64,000 nt of DNA from Chara braunii (GCA_003427395.1 BFEA01000009.1:6934272-6998271); one strand, 5' to 3'. Shown: positions 52,371 through 64,000, counted from the stretch's first letter. Numbers and translations: made by a program. The notes: generated by a model not told the origin, from the sequence alone.

Positions 52371-52847
52371 GGACGCTGAGCCTGTTTCTCAGCAAAAGTG
52401 TGTCTATTGGGCGCTGGACCCAGTTTCCAGCAGAAGATGCTCAGTATGCGTTCAGTTCAATAGACGCCAACGTGGATAACAGGTGGATGGCTGGGGCCTG
52501 GGGGATGGAGGGAGACTTCGCCGGTGCCCCCCGGCGGCTCTCCCTCCTCTATTCCCGACCACGCCATTGGAAAGGTACGGAGGAAAAGGATTGGATATGG
52601 GACGTTGGACCCGGTTTCCAGCACATTGGTGTCATGCTCAAAAATGTAAATTTGTCAAGATGTATTCAAGGGACGCTGGACCCGGTTTCCAGCACATTGG
52701 TTTCATGCTAAAAAATGTAAATTTGTCAAGATGTATTCAAGGGACGCTGGACCCGGTTTCCAGCAGGTGTTGCTCCCCACCAATAGATGGAGCGGCCTGC
52801 CAGGCAAAGCCTCAATCCCGGTGGTTCTCTTACCACCACCAGGATAG
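52371..52847 (+). repeat. Array of five module hairpins ending in a full module; includes a 71-bp tandem unit
   Basis: Hairpin starts at 52371, 52409, 52599, 52670 and 52741. Confidence 0.8.
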
Positions 52848-55535
52848 ANNNNNNNNNNNNNNNNNNNNNNNNNNNNNNNNNNNNNNNNNNNNNNNNNNNN
52901 NNNNNNNNNNNNNNNNNNNNNNNNNNNNNNNNNNNNNNNNGGGACACACCTATGAATTCTCCTTCTTTTTTTTTTTTTTTTTTTTTAAAAAAAAGCCCTT
53001 GTAAGCCCTCTATCCCGGCGGTGGTAAGAGAACTTCCAGAATTGAGGGCTTATCTGCCAGCCTCCAGGTGCCCTTTGGAAAAAAAAACAAAGGAAAAAAA
53101 AAAGCTAGGTGCAGGGTTTGAGGAGCTGAGCTGAGAGGTTTAGAGTAGCAGGTAGGCAGGTAGGTAGTACGGGAGCAAGGTTGGCAGCGGACAGGCACGG
53201 CAGGCCCTTGACTGATGGGACAGTGGGCTAGGCTTCCAGAAAGACTTAGTATGTATATCTGGGCCACATTAACTAATATCTCTCCATCCAGACTGAAATT
53301 TGCCACTCATACAGGTACAATGACCTCAGCCCCCCCCCCAACACACACATGGTAGCCCCGCTCAGGCCTTCCAAAAAAAAAAAAAAAAAAAAAAGACAAT
53401 GCATTCTATTCGGGTGAGGACTCTCTGGTAATTTTGCTTTGCGAATTACGGTCCTTGCTTTCTACTCCAGTGAATCAGTGACGATTATCACAGGCATCAT
53501 CATAGTTGATGATCTTGATCGACTCTCTTTTTTTTTTCTTTTTTTTTTTTCTCTTATTTAAACGGGATGCTGGACCCATTTTCCAGCGTGGTGGGTGTTG
53601 CTCACACCAGCAGCCGAAGCCCAGTAAGGGCCTCCGGTATCATCCTTGGTATCCCTTTCATAATCAAAGCCTTGGGCACTGGGTCCCCTTTTGTTTAGGG
53701 AAAAAAGAAAAATGATGACCCCTGCAGCTGGCATGTCCTGCTCCCCATCTTTTCTTTTCTTCTTTCTTTTTTCTTTTTTTTTTTCTTTTTTTTTCTTTTT
53801 TTTTTAAGAGCCCAATGGTGGATACTGTTGAAAGAAGAAGAAGAAGAAGAAGAAAAGGGTGTTGGACACGCCTGGCCTTGGTGCCTCAATGAGGGACACT
53901 GGCTGGGTGAGCTTTGAACCATGCTGCTATTCCCGCAACTTGCGCTGCTTAACCGTCACACTTGGTGTCATGAGGGATAGAGCAAGTGGGGAGCTGAGAT
54001 GCAACAAGACTCACTCCAAACAACTCAAATAGGATGGGCAGCATGATACAAGGGTAAGGGTTTAGCCCTGGCGAGCCCGCTGCTCCCATGAATGAAGAGA
54101 GCACACATTTGGCTACACATAAGCCAAAGCTCATATCATCGATACAATCCGGATGAACATACATCACGCATGGAAAAACCTCAAGGAATCTCTGTAACCA
54201 TGCCTGATGAGCTAAGAAAAGACGACAAATCACGATGTTCGGGCAGACATGGTTAGACCCCTCACGAAAGCGGCCAACTCTTGATGATAACCAAAACCTC
54301 TACTGGAAACAATGCTGAGACGAAGCTAGCTGGACAAGAAGTGTCCGCCCCGACCGACCTGATTATACCCCACCCCTCCACACTCTCCTCACAAAGAAAC
54401 CAAGCGATTCCCATCTATCCCAATCCCCAGACCGAGGCAATGGCAGGGACACACCTCACCCCCCTCCCAGCCACTCAACCCCCACTTCCATCTCAACCCC
54501 GACCTCCCCCCCCCCCCCCCCCCCCCCCCCCCCTCTCCCCCTCCCCCATACCCTCCAAACCCAAACNNNNNNNNNNNNNNNNNNNNNNNNNNNNNNNNNN
54601 NNNNNNNNNNNNNNNNNNNNNNNNNNNNNNNNNNNNNNNNNNNNNNNNNNNNNNNNNNNNNNNNNNNNNNNNNNNNNNNNNNNNNNNNNNNNNNNNNNNN
54701 NNNNNNNNNNNNNNNNNNNNNNNNNNNNNNNNNNNNNNNNNNNNNNNNNNNNNNNNNNNNNNNNNNNNNNNNNNNNNNNNNNNNNNNNNNNNNNNNNNNN
54801 NNNNNNNNNNNNNNNNNNNNNNNNNNNNNNNNNNNNNNNNNNNNNNNNNNNNNNNNNNNNNNNNNNNNNNNNNNNNNNNNNNCACCCCCCCCCCCTCCCA
54901 AGTGGGTGGATCCAGGAGGCTACCTGAATCCGAACCGGTGTCAAGCCTTGGCCAGGCGCTGGACCTGGAATGCATTAACGACCAGGAGTACCAGCAATGC
55001 CAGTAGCATCAATAACCGACAGTATTGGCAGTGCAGGTGGGGAGCTGGGACGCAACAATACACATTCCACACAGCTCAAATAGGATGGGCAGCACGCTAC
55101 AAGGGTAAGGGTTTAGCAGAGGTTTTGCATGTTGCATGAGCAAGGGTTTAACAAAGAGTGGGCACTCAGGCGGGACAGGCAGGAACACAGCTGGACAGTG
55201 AGACAGCGAGACAAACAGTACAAATAGGAGCCTTGGGGCCTCAACAGTAAAAGCCAAATGAGTTAAGCAAGCGGGCACAAGGAATACCTAGGAGAGATGT
55301 GGACATATAGGATAGAGGCTCAACGACTGAAGAAAGGTTCCTCAGAATAACAGCAGGAACCAAGCATGCAAAAGAGCTCAGTCCAATTCAAATACAACAA
55401 ACCAGGGCCCAGTTGGGCAAGCAGGATCTCAGCAGGGCAGGGAGAAGTGACAACACTTGAGAACAGAACTCTTCACCACAACAGACGACTAGACTTCTCA
55501 CAATCTCAAAAGGATGATCATTCCAATGTTGTATA

Positions 55536-55636
55536 GGGATGCTGAACCCGATTTCCAGTAGGTGCTGCTCCCCAGAGTCCCCACCAACAGATGGAGCCTT
55601 CACAAGCAGGTTCCTGATTAGAGAGGATGATCTTAT
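55536..55636 (+). mobile_element. Structured 3' module split by the LTR retrotransposon, continuing at 60761
   Basis: Core at 55536-55597; GAGAGG-ATGATCTTAT | (TTAT)CA-CCTCTC rejoins into the third hairpin. Confidence 0.7.
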
Positions 55637-56572
55637 TGCGAGGCACAAGGCCTCGGTAAGCCCTACAGGGCCCTGTTATCAGCAGTGTCGGCAGCCCTAA
55701 GTGAAGGCAGGACCGACCTAGGCCAAGTCTTAGAGGCCTATTTTGGACTACCGCGCAACTGGGGAAATTCAGGCAGTTGCGCAGCGCCAGTTGGTTGAAA
55801 GCGCCCAGGCCCAGGCTGCCTTTATCGTATGAGGCAGGCCCTGGGCCAGATACGCAACATGGACNAAACACAGGCTGCAGGCAGTTGGGCACAGGTAACC
55901 GCCACAGCCCCTGGGCCTGATTCGTTTGGACTGAGGCTCAACCTCTCGGGGCCTACCGGAAGCTTCTGGGCTGGAGCCCAGCGCAGGCAGGCCCACACGC
56001 AGCAGGCAGGCCGCTTCCATTTAGGAAAGTGCCTGCCTTGGCATTTGGCGTTTGGGCACTGGCTGCATGCTGCGCAAATGCTGCTGGGCTAATCGCTGGC
56101 CAGGCCCACGCACTCACGGGCGAGCAGGGAGAGCAGGCAGCCATAGCCGAGCTGCACTGCGCTGAGCTGGATGGGGCGCATGGTGGTCCTTGGGTGCATG
56201 TGGCATCTGTGAGTGGGGGATCGAGGTTGTGAGTGATACGAGAGACATACCTGGTGCTTGAGGCGAACGGCATTGGCCGAGATCTGCTCGTACTTCGGGG
56301 AGGTGTTGATGTCACCAGCGGCATTGTAGATAGGCTAGATAGGATCTGCCATTTGTAGTCTGGGCGCAGAGTGCCAGATAGGATATCGACATTTGTTCTT
56401 TGTTGATGATATTGAGACTATCCCAACATTGTCACTTGTGAGCTTTTGCTGTGCTCTTATTTCGTGAAACTCGTGTCACAATTCTGCTTCTGGTTCGAGG
56501 TCACGACTATCTGGTTTCATGTGTATGATGCTGCTTGGTTTTTGGAGTTCGCGATCGCTCATTTTCCTTGCA
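55637..56572 (+). repeat. 5' LTR
   Basis: Direct repeat of 59827-60760, followed by the PBS. Confidence 0.9.
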
Positions 56573-58284
56573 ATTTGGTATCGGAGCTGTGGCACGTTGC
56601 GCTAATCTGGCGCTTGTCTTCTGCCTATGCGGTACATGCATGCGGTCTGCTGGGCGAGCGGCCATGGCCCGGAGTGTGTAGTGAGGAGGGCGAAGTCAAG
56701 CAGGCGACCCAGGTGAAGAGGGGTATCGTCGGGAAGGCTACGTGGTGATTATTGGGTGTTCGCAGTGTGATGAGAACTATCTGATGTGTGATTAATGCAG
56801 AGGTGGAACGGCGGTGTAATGCTGGTTGTGCCGAAGCAGCGATTGGTCATCGCAATCAGCATCAGGTCATCTGGTAAGAATATATGTGGTTGGGGGCAGC
56901 TATTTTGAGGTACGTTGCTCTTAACCTTATCTACCCTCTTTTGACAGTTCTTACCGTGAGGATGTATGTTTTGTCTTGAGAGTCCTCTCATGTGAGGAGT
57001 CGAGCGTGCTCAACCTTGAGAGTCGGCATTGTTCACGTGAAGCATCTGGAAGAAGAGGGCGGAGCTATTTGAAGGGCCCTGGACGAAGCACTGGGTCACG
57101 ATCACCATGCCAACCCACCGGGAGTAGAACACGCATGCATCAAGTTTGCTGCTTTGTCCTTTGTCTGCCTGCTGCGCTGATAGATGGGTTATGAGGGTCA
57201 GGCCAACCCTACCGAGCGTCTATAAATAAGCACCGGCGGGGCTACCTTCCACTGGTTGTGATCATCGTCCTGTCTATGACGTTAAATAATTATGGAGGAC
57301 TTCGAGGGCCGTCCTTAAACGCCTCTTAATCAGCCAGTTGGTCGATGTAAGGCTCGCTGCATGCGAGGGTAAACATTATGCTGGGCTGGCCATCTCGACA
57401 TATACTCGGGGCACAGGGGTGGGTCGTGTGCACACCTTTAGACACACACGCTATCCGGATGTTCAGGAATGCTGACGTCAAGAGACAATCAAGAAGAATT
57501 GACGGACGGGTAGGTTCCAGGGGATCAGTTCGGAAAAGATTCCACTCTGCAAACAGCCATGCAAACGGTTCTATTTTTATTTTTGATTAGTTAAGGATGT
57601 ACAACCATTGACATCTAACAGACAACAATATGTAGAGATCTGTTTTCTGTTCGTGGAATAATTAATTAAAAATAGTTTCATTTGTTGGAATCTGGACTTA
57701 CCTGTTGGACCCGAATGTGTAGACTCTAACATAGTCACTTATTAATTATTTTATTTATTTTAAATCGGTCTGTGCACTACGCTGCGGTAGGCATTGAGTG
57801 TGTCCTAGTGCAGACTGTGTACTGTGTTGTAGCTTATGAGTGACAGGGAGGTTCCTGACGAGGACGATACTAGGATCTTGCGATCAGCTAGACGCTCATT
57901 GGCCCACGTGGAATTTGGACTCGAGGGTGACAGGTTTCTGTTCCGCCAGCATAGGAAAAGACAGCAGCAATAGCGGAGAGCTAGGGTCGCAGAGGCAAGC
58001 AGGGCATTCACATGTGAAGCCGCTACTTCAGCAACCATGGCCACAGATGCGCAACAAAGCTCCCAGGCCAGCAGTTTGGGGACTGTAGGGCGATGATTGC
58101 ACAGACCTTGAGTCAGTCCGTTGGTGTCATGGCGAGCCAGCAATTAGTGCTAACTCCTGAAGAGGTCGCCATACAGAGAGCAAGTGCTCAGGAGGCACAA
58201 CTAAAAAAAACTGTCATTTCGTCTAAATGGACATTTTTTATTTTTTGAACGAAATTGAAACCGAGTTTTTTGGTCGAAAGCTCA

Positions 58285-58476
58285 TCAAAATTTGTTGTTC
58301 CTGAGGGTCCGGCATTTGTAAAACGCTGGACCCCCTGGCTGTACATGGACCTAGCTTGAGACCAGGGACATTCAGGCAGGACTGTCTGGATGTCCCTGGT
58401 CTCAAGCTAGGTCCATGTACAGCCAGGGGGTCTAGCGTTTTACAAATGCCGGACCCTCAGGAACAACAAATTTTGA
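58285..58476. repeat. 192-bp near-perfect palindrome
   Basis: 95-bp arms around a GA spacer; three mismatches seen. Confidence 0.9.
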
Positions 58477-58529
58477 CTTGTCAAGAATGCAGAGCCCCTA
58501 CCGCACATCAATGACTTGTCAAGACCGAA

Positions 58530-59790
58530 TATGTGATCAAGTTGTTCAAAGATAACTGGGTCAGAGACTTTGGGCTTCCAAAGTCTATTGTGAGTGACCG
58601 GGATGTCTGATTCACCAGTGAGTTGTGGAAGGCTGCAACTGCAGAACAAGGAGCATATTTGCAGATGACCTCTGGAAACCACCCAGAGGCAAACGGGCAA
58701 GCAGAGCAGCTGAACCGCGTTGTACAACACGTGTTGAGGCACTATATTAAGCCCAACCAGGTGGACTGGGATGAGAAACTTGTTCTCATCGCCAGCCTGT
58801 ACAACAATGTTGTGCACAACGTAACAGGGGTGAGTCCTAACAGCCTGCTACTAACTTTTAAGCCTAGACTGCTTCTAGATTCAGGGTGAAGAGGTTCCCC
58901 CTTCCTTCCCATATCCTGCTCAGTCAATCCCCGGGATCCCAGGGTAATCAATGTTGGCAGAAACTTCCCACAACTGTTTTCCGATATACTCCAAATTCAA
59001 TCTGTATAAGGGACGTTGGAACCGCTTTCCAGCAGGTGATGCTCCCCACCAATAGATGGAGCCTCTCCCCAGGTGCTAGTGGTGTCTTCTCTTATCAGCA
59101 CCACTAACACTGGTGGGAGAGTGTTAAAAAAAAAAAAAAAAAGATTTCCTTCTACCTGAGAATGAGCTGAGAGCTGCACCTGGTACATTAGAATTTGCAT
59201 ATCGATATGACCAGTTGATGCAGCAAGTTGTAGAACAAATGCACAAGGCACAGGCGGCGATGATAGAGTCAGAGAACAAGCACCGCCGCCCATCTATATT
59301 TCAGGTAGGGGACAGAGTCTAGGTCAAGTCCTCAGAACTGGGACAGGAGCACAGGATATCCCGGAAGCTCATGTCACCGTACTTTGGACCTTGGGAGGTT
59401 CTTGATTTTGTCGGGGATGATCCGGATGGGCCGTCATATGTAATTCGGATCCCTGGTCACCTACGCATTTACCCTGTCTTCCACGCCTCCAAGCTTGCAC
59501 CTTTCAAGGAAACCGGTCAGTTTCCTTCCCGTCGCTCAATGTTGCCCCCAACCATGGATGGAGAGGTCGACATCGACGACATCATTGACCACAGAGAAAT
59601 GCCAGTTCCAAGACCAGCAGGCAGGGGATGTCCTTCGAAGCCGAAGCTGCAGTATCGCGTTCGGTTCAGACATCATACTGATCCAAAGGAGGATAGATGG
59701 TTTGCATGGGATGAACTGATGCAGACCGCTCAACAGGTTGTCGCCCACTACGAGAAGTTGCTGCAAAAAGGAAAGAGTCAGATTGAATGA
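58530..59790 (+). pseudogene. Integrase core / C-terminus and chromodomain remnant, interrupted at 58882-59141
   Basis: GLPKSIVSDRD, HPEANGQAEQLNR, YFGPWEV..PVFHASKL, chromodomain DIDDIIDHR..QYRVRF..EDRWF. Confidence 0.88.
58882..59141 (+). mobile_element. 5'-truncated retroposon ending in the structured module and poly(A)
   Basis: Core at 59010-59062, third hairpin, A tract, AGATT duplication; removing it restores the integrase reading frame. Confidence 0.85.
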
Positions 59791-59826
59791 ACTTCTCAGA
59801 GGACTAGCGAAGTGTGGAGGAGGGAA

Positions 59827-60760
59827 TGTGAGGCGCAATGCCTCGGTAAGCCCTACTAGGCCCTGTTATCAGCAGTGTCGGCCGCCCTAAGTGAATGCAG
59901 GCCCGACCTAGGCCAAGAGGCCTATTTTGGACTACCTCGCAACTGTGGAAATTCAAGCAGTTGCGCAGCGCCAGTTGGTTGAAAGCGCCCAGACCCAGGC
60001 TGCCTTTATCGTATGTAATTGAGGCATGCCCTGGGCCAAATAGGCAACATGGACTAAACACAGGCTGCGGACAGTTGGGCACGGGTAACAGCCACAACCC
60101 CTAGGCCTGATTCGTTTGGACTGAGGCTCAACCTCTCGGGGCCTACCGGAAGCTTCTGGGTCGGGGCCCAGCGCAGCCAGGCCAGACGCAGCAGGCAGGC
60201 CACTTCCATTTAGGAAAGTGTCTGCTCGGCATTTGGCATTCGGGCACTGGCTGCATATTGCGCAAGCGCTGTTGCACTAATCGCTGGCCAGGCCCACACG
60301 CTCACGGGCGAGAAGGGAGAGCAGACAACCATAGCCGAGTTGCGCTACGCTGAGATGGATGGGGTGCATGGTGGTCCTTGGGTGCATATGGCATCTGTGA
60401 GTGGGGGATCGAGGTTGTGAGTGATACGAGAGACATATCTGGTGCTTGAGGCGAACGACATTGGCCGAGATCTGCTCGTACTTCGGGGAGCTGTTGATGT
60501 CACCAGCGGCATTGTAGATAGGCTAGATAGGATCTGCCATTTGTAGTCTGGGCACAAAGCGCCAGATAGGATGTCGACATTGGTTTTTTGTTGATCATGA
60601 TGAGACTATCCCAACATTATCACTTGTGAGCTTTTGTTGTGCTCTTATTTGGTGAAACTCGTGTTCCAATTGTGCTTCTAGTTCGAGGTCACGACTATCT
60701 GGTTTCATGTGTATGATGCTGCTTGGTTTTCAGAGTTCACCATCGTTCATTTTCCTTGCA
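59827..60760 (+). repeat. 3' LTR
   Basis: Direct repeat of 55637-56572. Confidence 0.9.
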
Positions 60761-62469
60761 TTATCACCTCTCTCAGCAGATTTCTCTGTACTATTTTCTT
60801 CCCCCGAATACAACGTACGATCATTATAGTTGTATTTAGACTGAAAGATACCCCAAATACAGCTATAGTGACCGTATGTTGTATTCAGGGGAACAAGGTA
60901 GTTCTCAAAAACAAAAACAAAAAAAAGAAAAAAAAAAAATCAAAAAAATCAAAAAAATCAAAAAAATNNNNNNNNNNNNNNNNNNNNNNNNNNNNNNNNN
61001 NNNNNNNNNNNNNNNNNNNNNNNNNNNNNNNNNNNNNNNNNNNNNNNNNNNNNNNNNAAAAAAAAGAAAGAAAGAAAGACCCCCGGGGAAAAAAAAGTAA
61101 AAAAAAAAAAGTAAGTATGTTCATGTCACCTCACCTTTGAGTATCGAATGGGCAAAAAAAACACACGTCGATAATGAAAATCGTGCCGAGTTCAAAAAGG
61201 CAACGGAAGTACTGACTGCTGTGGTGTTCGACCGGATGTCATATTTACAAGGGTTCGCCGTGGTGTCAGAGGGGAATTTTTTTTTTATAAAAATGGCCAA
61301 CGGATAGGTTTGGATCGAAATCGCTCATTTCGAGTTGGCATGTGGTTTCTCTGCCGCCACAAGTTTTTCTTGCCTTTAGGGTTTCAAAACATGTCGCGTC
61401 CGCCGTTATTAAAAAAAAAAAAGAATAGAAGTAGAGGAGAGTTGTGGAGCAGCTCCCATGCTGGTGATGTCAGATAAACTGCAAAATACTCGACGAGTAT
61501 GATAGCAATAATCGTAGAACATGCAAAAATCGATATACCGGTCATGAAGTGAGAAGCGCCACAAGGAGATAAAAGGAACGACAAGCCACAACCGAGCAAG
61601 GAAAGAAGGAGAAGAAGATGTCAACACCATAAGTCTACCGAACACAACCCAAATAGATCATTTAAAATACGGCATGAAAACAACCTATCATAGTAAGCTC
61701 GTGCAATGATAATCGACAGTTTGCTGAATCGGGAAGCTGTCGAGCGATTGGAGCGCCAACAAACTTAGAAAAGTGCGACCGTACACACGTTTTGGCCGGT
61801 CACCAGCCAGATCATCATCAAGGGTTAATCATTACGGTGGAGGAGGCCTAGGACTATATTGACATCACTTAAATAGCCCTACGACCAAAGCAACAGCCTA
61901 GCAATAAACCCCACCGAGTTCCAAAAATACCACTTCACGTCCAAGAGAAGGTCCGAGAGCGGTCCGAAAGCAACCCAAAGAAATACTACCCAAATCGGTG
62001 GGGTTTGTACAACAGCTCTGTACTCCTTTGGCTATGGGAGGTATGTATTAATCAGTTGAGGCATTTAAGGTGCTCAGAGTGCTTGGGGTGCGGGCGTGTT
62101 GTCCTGTCGGCTAGCTCAATAGGTTTCATGCCTGAGTGGCAACGAGTGGGTGATGGGTTAAAAACCTACTATCACTTTCGGGTTTGCGGTTGGCCAAGGC
62201 CAGAACGAGGCTCGTCGGTGTTGGGGTGAGTTCTGCCACTCTGTAACCTGACGCTATGCGGGAGCATGAAGACTGGTAATGAGATCTGGGAAAGTGGTCG
62301 TGTGACCAAGTATGGTGCGAAGTATGTGGTGGGAAAGGTTTGTTCAGGTCCTACTTTTTTTTTTTTTTTAACAAGGCTCCAATCTGAACAACTTAGCAAA
62401 TTACTACGACGAACTTCAGGAATGAGCAAAGTTCAGAAAACGACTCAACCCCCCCCCATCAATCTTCTT

Positions 62470-63660
62470 GACCTCACTCCGGCAAGACTTACTGCAGCAG
62501 AGCCACCATCTTCGTTGCCGTTGTACCCAATTTCCGTCCTACAAGCTAGCCCCCTCACTAGTAGGACGCTTGATATCCAACCATCTACTTCTTCATGCAG
62601 AGGGCCCTTTTGTTTTTAGAGGAGCATTCAGATCGAGAAATATCTGCCTTAGAGCCTTTCAGTAGCCCACCACTACCTGCCTCATCCCTATATCCCGATA
62701 CTTGGTCTCTACTAGGACTCACACCCCCAACTGCTAAGTTACAGAGTGGCACGACCCACCAGAAGACTCCCACCTGCTAACTACAGGGCAAAAACGACCC
62801 GCCCCGGCTTCGACCAGCATGGTCTAAGTACCAGCTTACCAAAGGACATTAGAGTGCCTTCCACCCTCGACAACTCCCCAGATCTCTCTACAAGGTCTCT
62901 TGCCCTCGTACAACTCTAGTTACAGGGCAGCGCGACCAAGCCCTAGCACCGACCAATGTCGCTCTGGCCTCGTCCATTCGCAAGCCCACGGGGACCCAAG
63001 ACTACAGCAAATACCAGATAAGCCACCAATCAGCACCATAATTGTAGATCCGATCACTCAACTCCTTCGGGCGCTGGTTGCAGATATCCCTGGCACGTAA
63101 AATCCCTCACAACGCTACTCCGGCAAGTCTTACTGCGATGAAGCCACCATCTTCACCGCTGCTGTACCCTATTTCCACCTTGCAGGTTAGCCCCATGGCC
63201 GCAGAGCGCATTATCCCCCACCATCGCAACCCCGGCCCCCTACCACCAGCGCCAGCTTCTAAAGAATTTTTTTAATAAAAAAATTTTAACCCATTCAAGA
63301 ACATATTCAGAAATAAAAAGCTATGAAAAACAGAGAGACGAAAATCAGAAATAGAGCCACCAACAATCCAACTCATACCGTCACTACAGACGAGAAACCG
63401 CCGCTCAGGCTTTCAGTCCTCTTACCAGAAATCGCCAGTTCTCACACCCCCCTTGCTAGGGTTACAGGGCAACGCAAACTGCCCCAGCACCGAACTAACT
63501 GTTTTCTGACGGACAGGAAGTATCTTCCTCCCTCGACGACTTCCTTAGCTTCAAACCCCCTAGCGGGTTACAGGGTCACCGCCCCGGCATCAGCTACGTT
63601 GAAAGAGGTGGTTATGCCTTCCACCCTCGGCATAACTCCAATGGCCTAAAGCTCCTCTTG
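62470..63660 (+). repeat. Diverged internal duplications, ~640-760 bp period, unclassified
   Basis: ACTCCGGCAAG.CTTACTGC..AGCCACCATCTTC at ~62477 and ~63117; TGCCTTCCACCCTCG at ~62855 and ~63615. Confidence 0.55.
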
Positions 63661-63907
63661 GTCACAGAGCCACTGCTCCACCACCGGCTGTTCAGGTCCT
63701 ACTAGGTACTAGCTGTTGGGATATACCCAATAAAAGAATTCTATGGTTGAATTCTGGTCAGTACCATCTTGTCTGACACCCATGACATCCATGGATCGAT
63801 TACGATGCCTATCAGCGTTGAGACCCTCAAGTTACACAATATGTTCAGGGAGTGGTGTTCGCCCATCCATGATCGCCATCAGCACGGCGGGAGAGAACAA
63901 CGATGGT

Positions 63908-63964
<57 letters not shown>

Positions 63965-63985
63965 AACAACAATAACAACAACAAC
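63908..63985 (+). repeat. (AAC)n microsatellite
   Basis: Directly visible. Confidence 0.9.
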
Positions 63986-64000
63986 GACGAAGATGGCGGC

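Larger units (their letters stand above)
55637..60760 (+). mobile_element. Internally deleted Ty3/gypsy chromovirus LTR retrotransposon
   Basis: LTRs at 55637-56572 and 59827-60760 (TG..CA); PBS TGGTATCGGAGC at 56576-56587 (tRNA-iMet); purine tract before the 3' LTR; flanking TTAT duplication. Confidence 0.92.

Noticed and set aside
52599-52793. CRISPR-like array
   Set aside because: Spacers are near-duplicates, there are no cas genes, and the context is eukaryotic repeats
59083-59098. Third-hairpin loop resembles U2 snRNA CTGTTCTTATCAG (Keno/Utopia target region)
   Set aside because: Only about 12 nt with mismatches and no flanking U2 sequence; probably coincidence

Overview
This is repeat-saturated eukaryotic DNA with many N gaps. 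The element mix (L1/Tx1-like LINE relics, a chromodomain Ty3/gypsy with an iMet PBS, plant-type U6 sequence) suggests a streptophyte genome such as Chara; that is inference, not established. I found no intact host protein-coding gene. Recognisable content is five decayed L1/Tx1-type LINE segments, one internally deleted chromovirus with both LTRs (55637-60760), hAT-, CACTA- and TTAA/TA-type MITEs, tRNA-derived SINE-like pieces, three U6 snRNA-derived sequences within 2 kb, a degenerate hammerhead in a Penelope-like inverted repeat, and many micro/minisatellites. The most striking signal is a structured module present in about 35 full or partial copies on both strands: TGTA-Nn-GGGAC, a hairpin, an H-type pseudoknot, often a third hairpin with a conserved CTCTTAYCA-like loop, then poly(A). 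It shows compensatory base changes in every helix, ends otherwise unrelated retroposed sequences, and has itself received insertions (a U6 retrocopy, the chromovirus).
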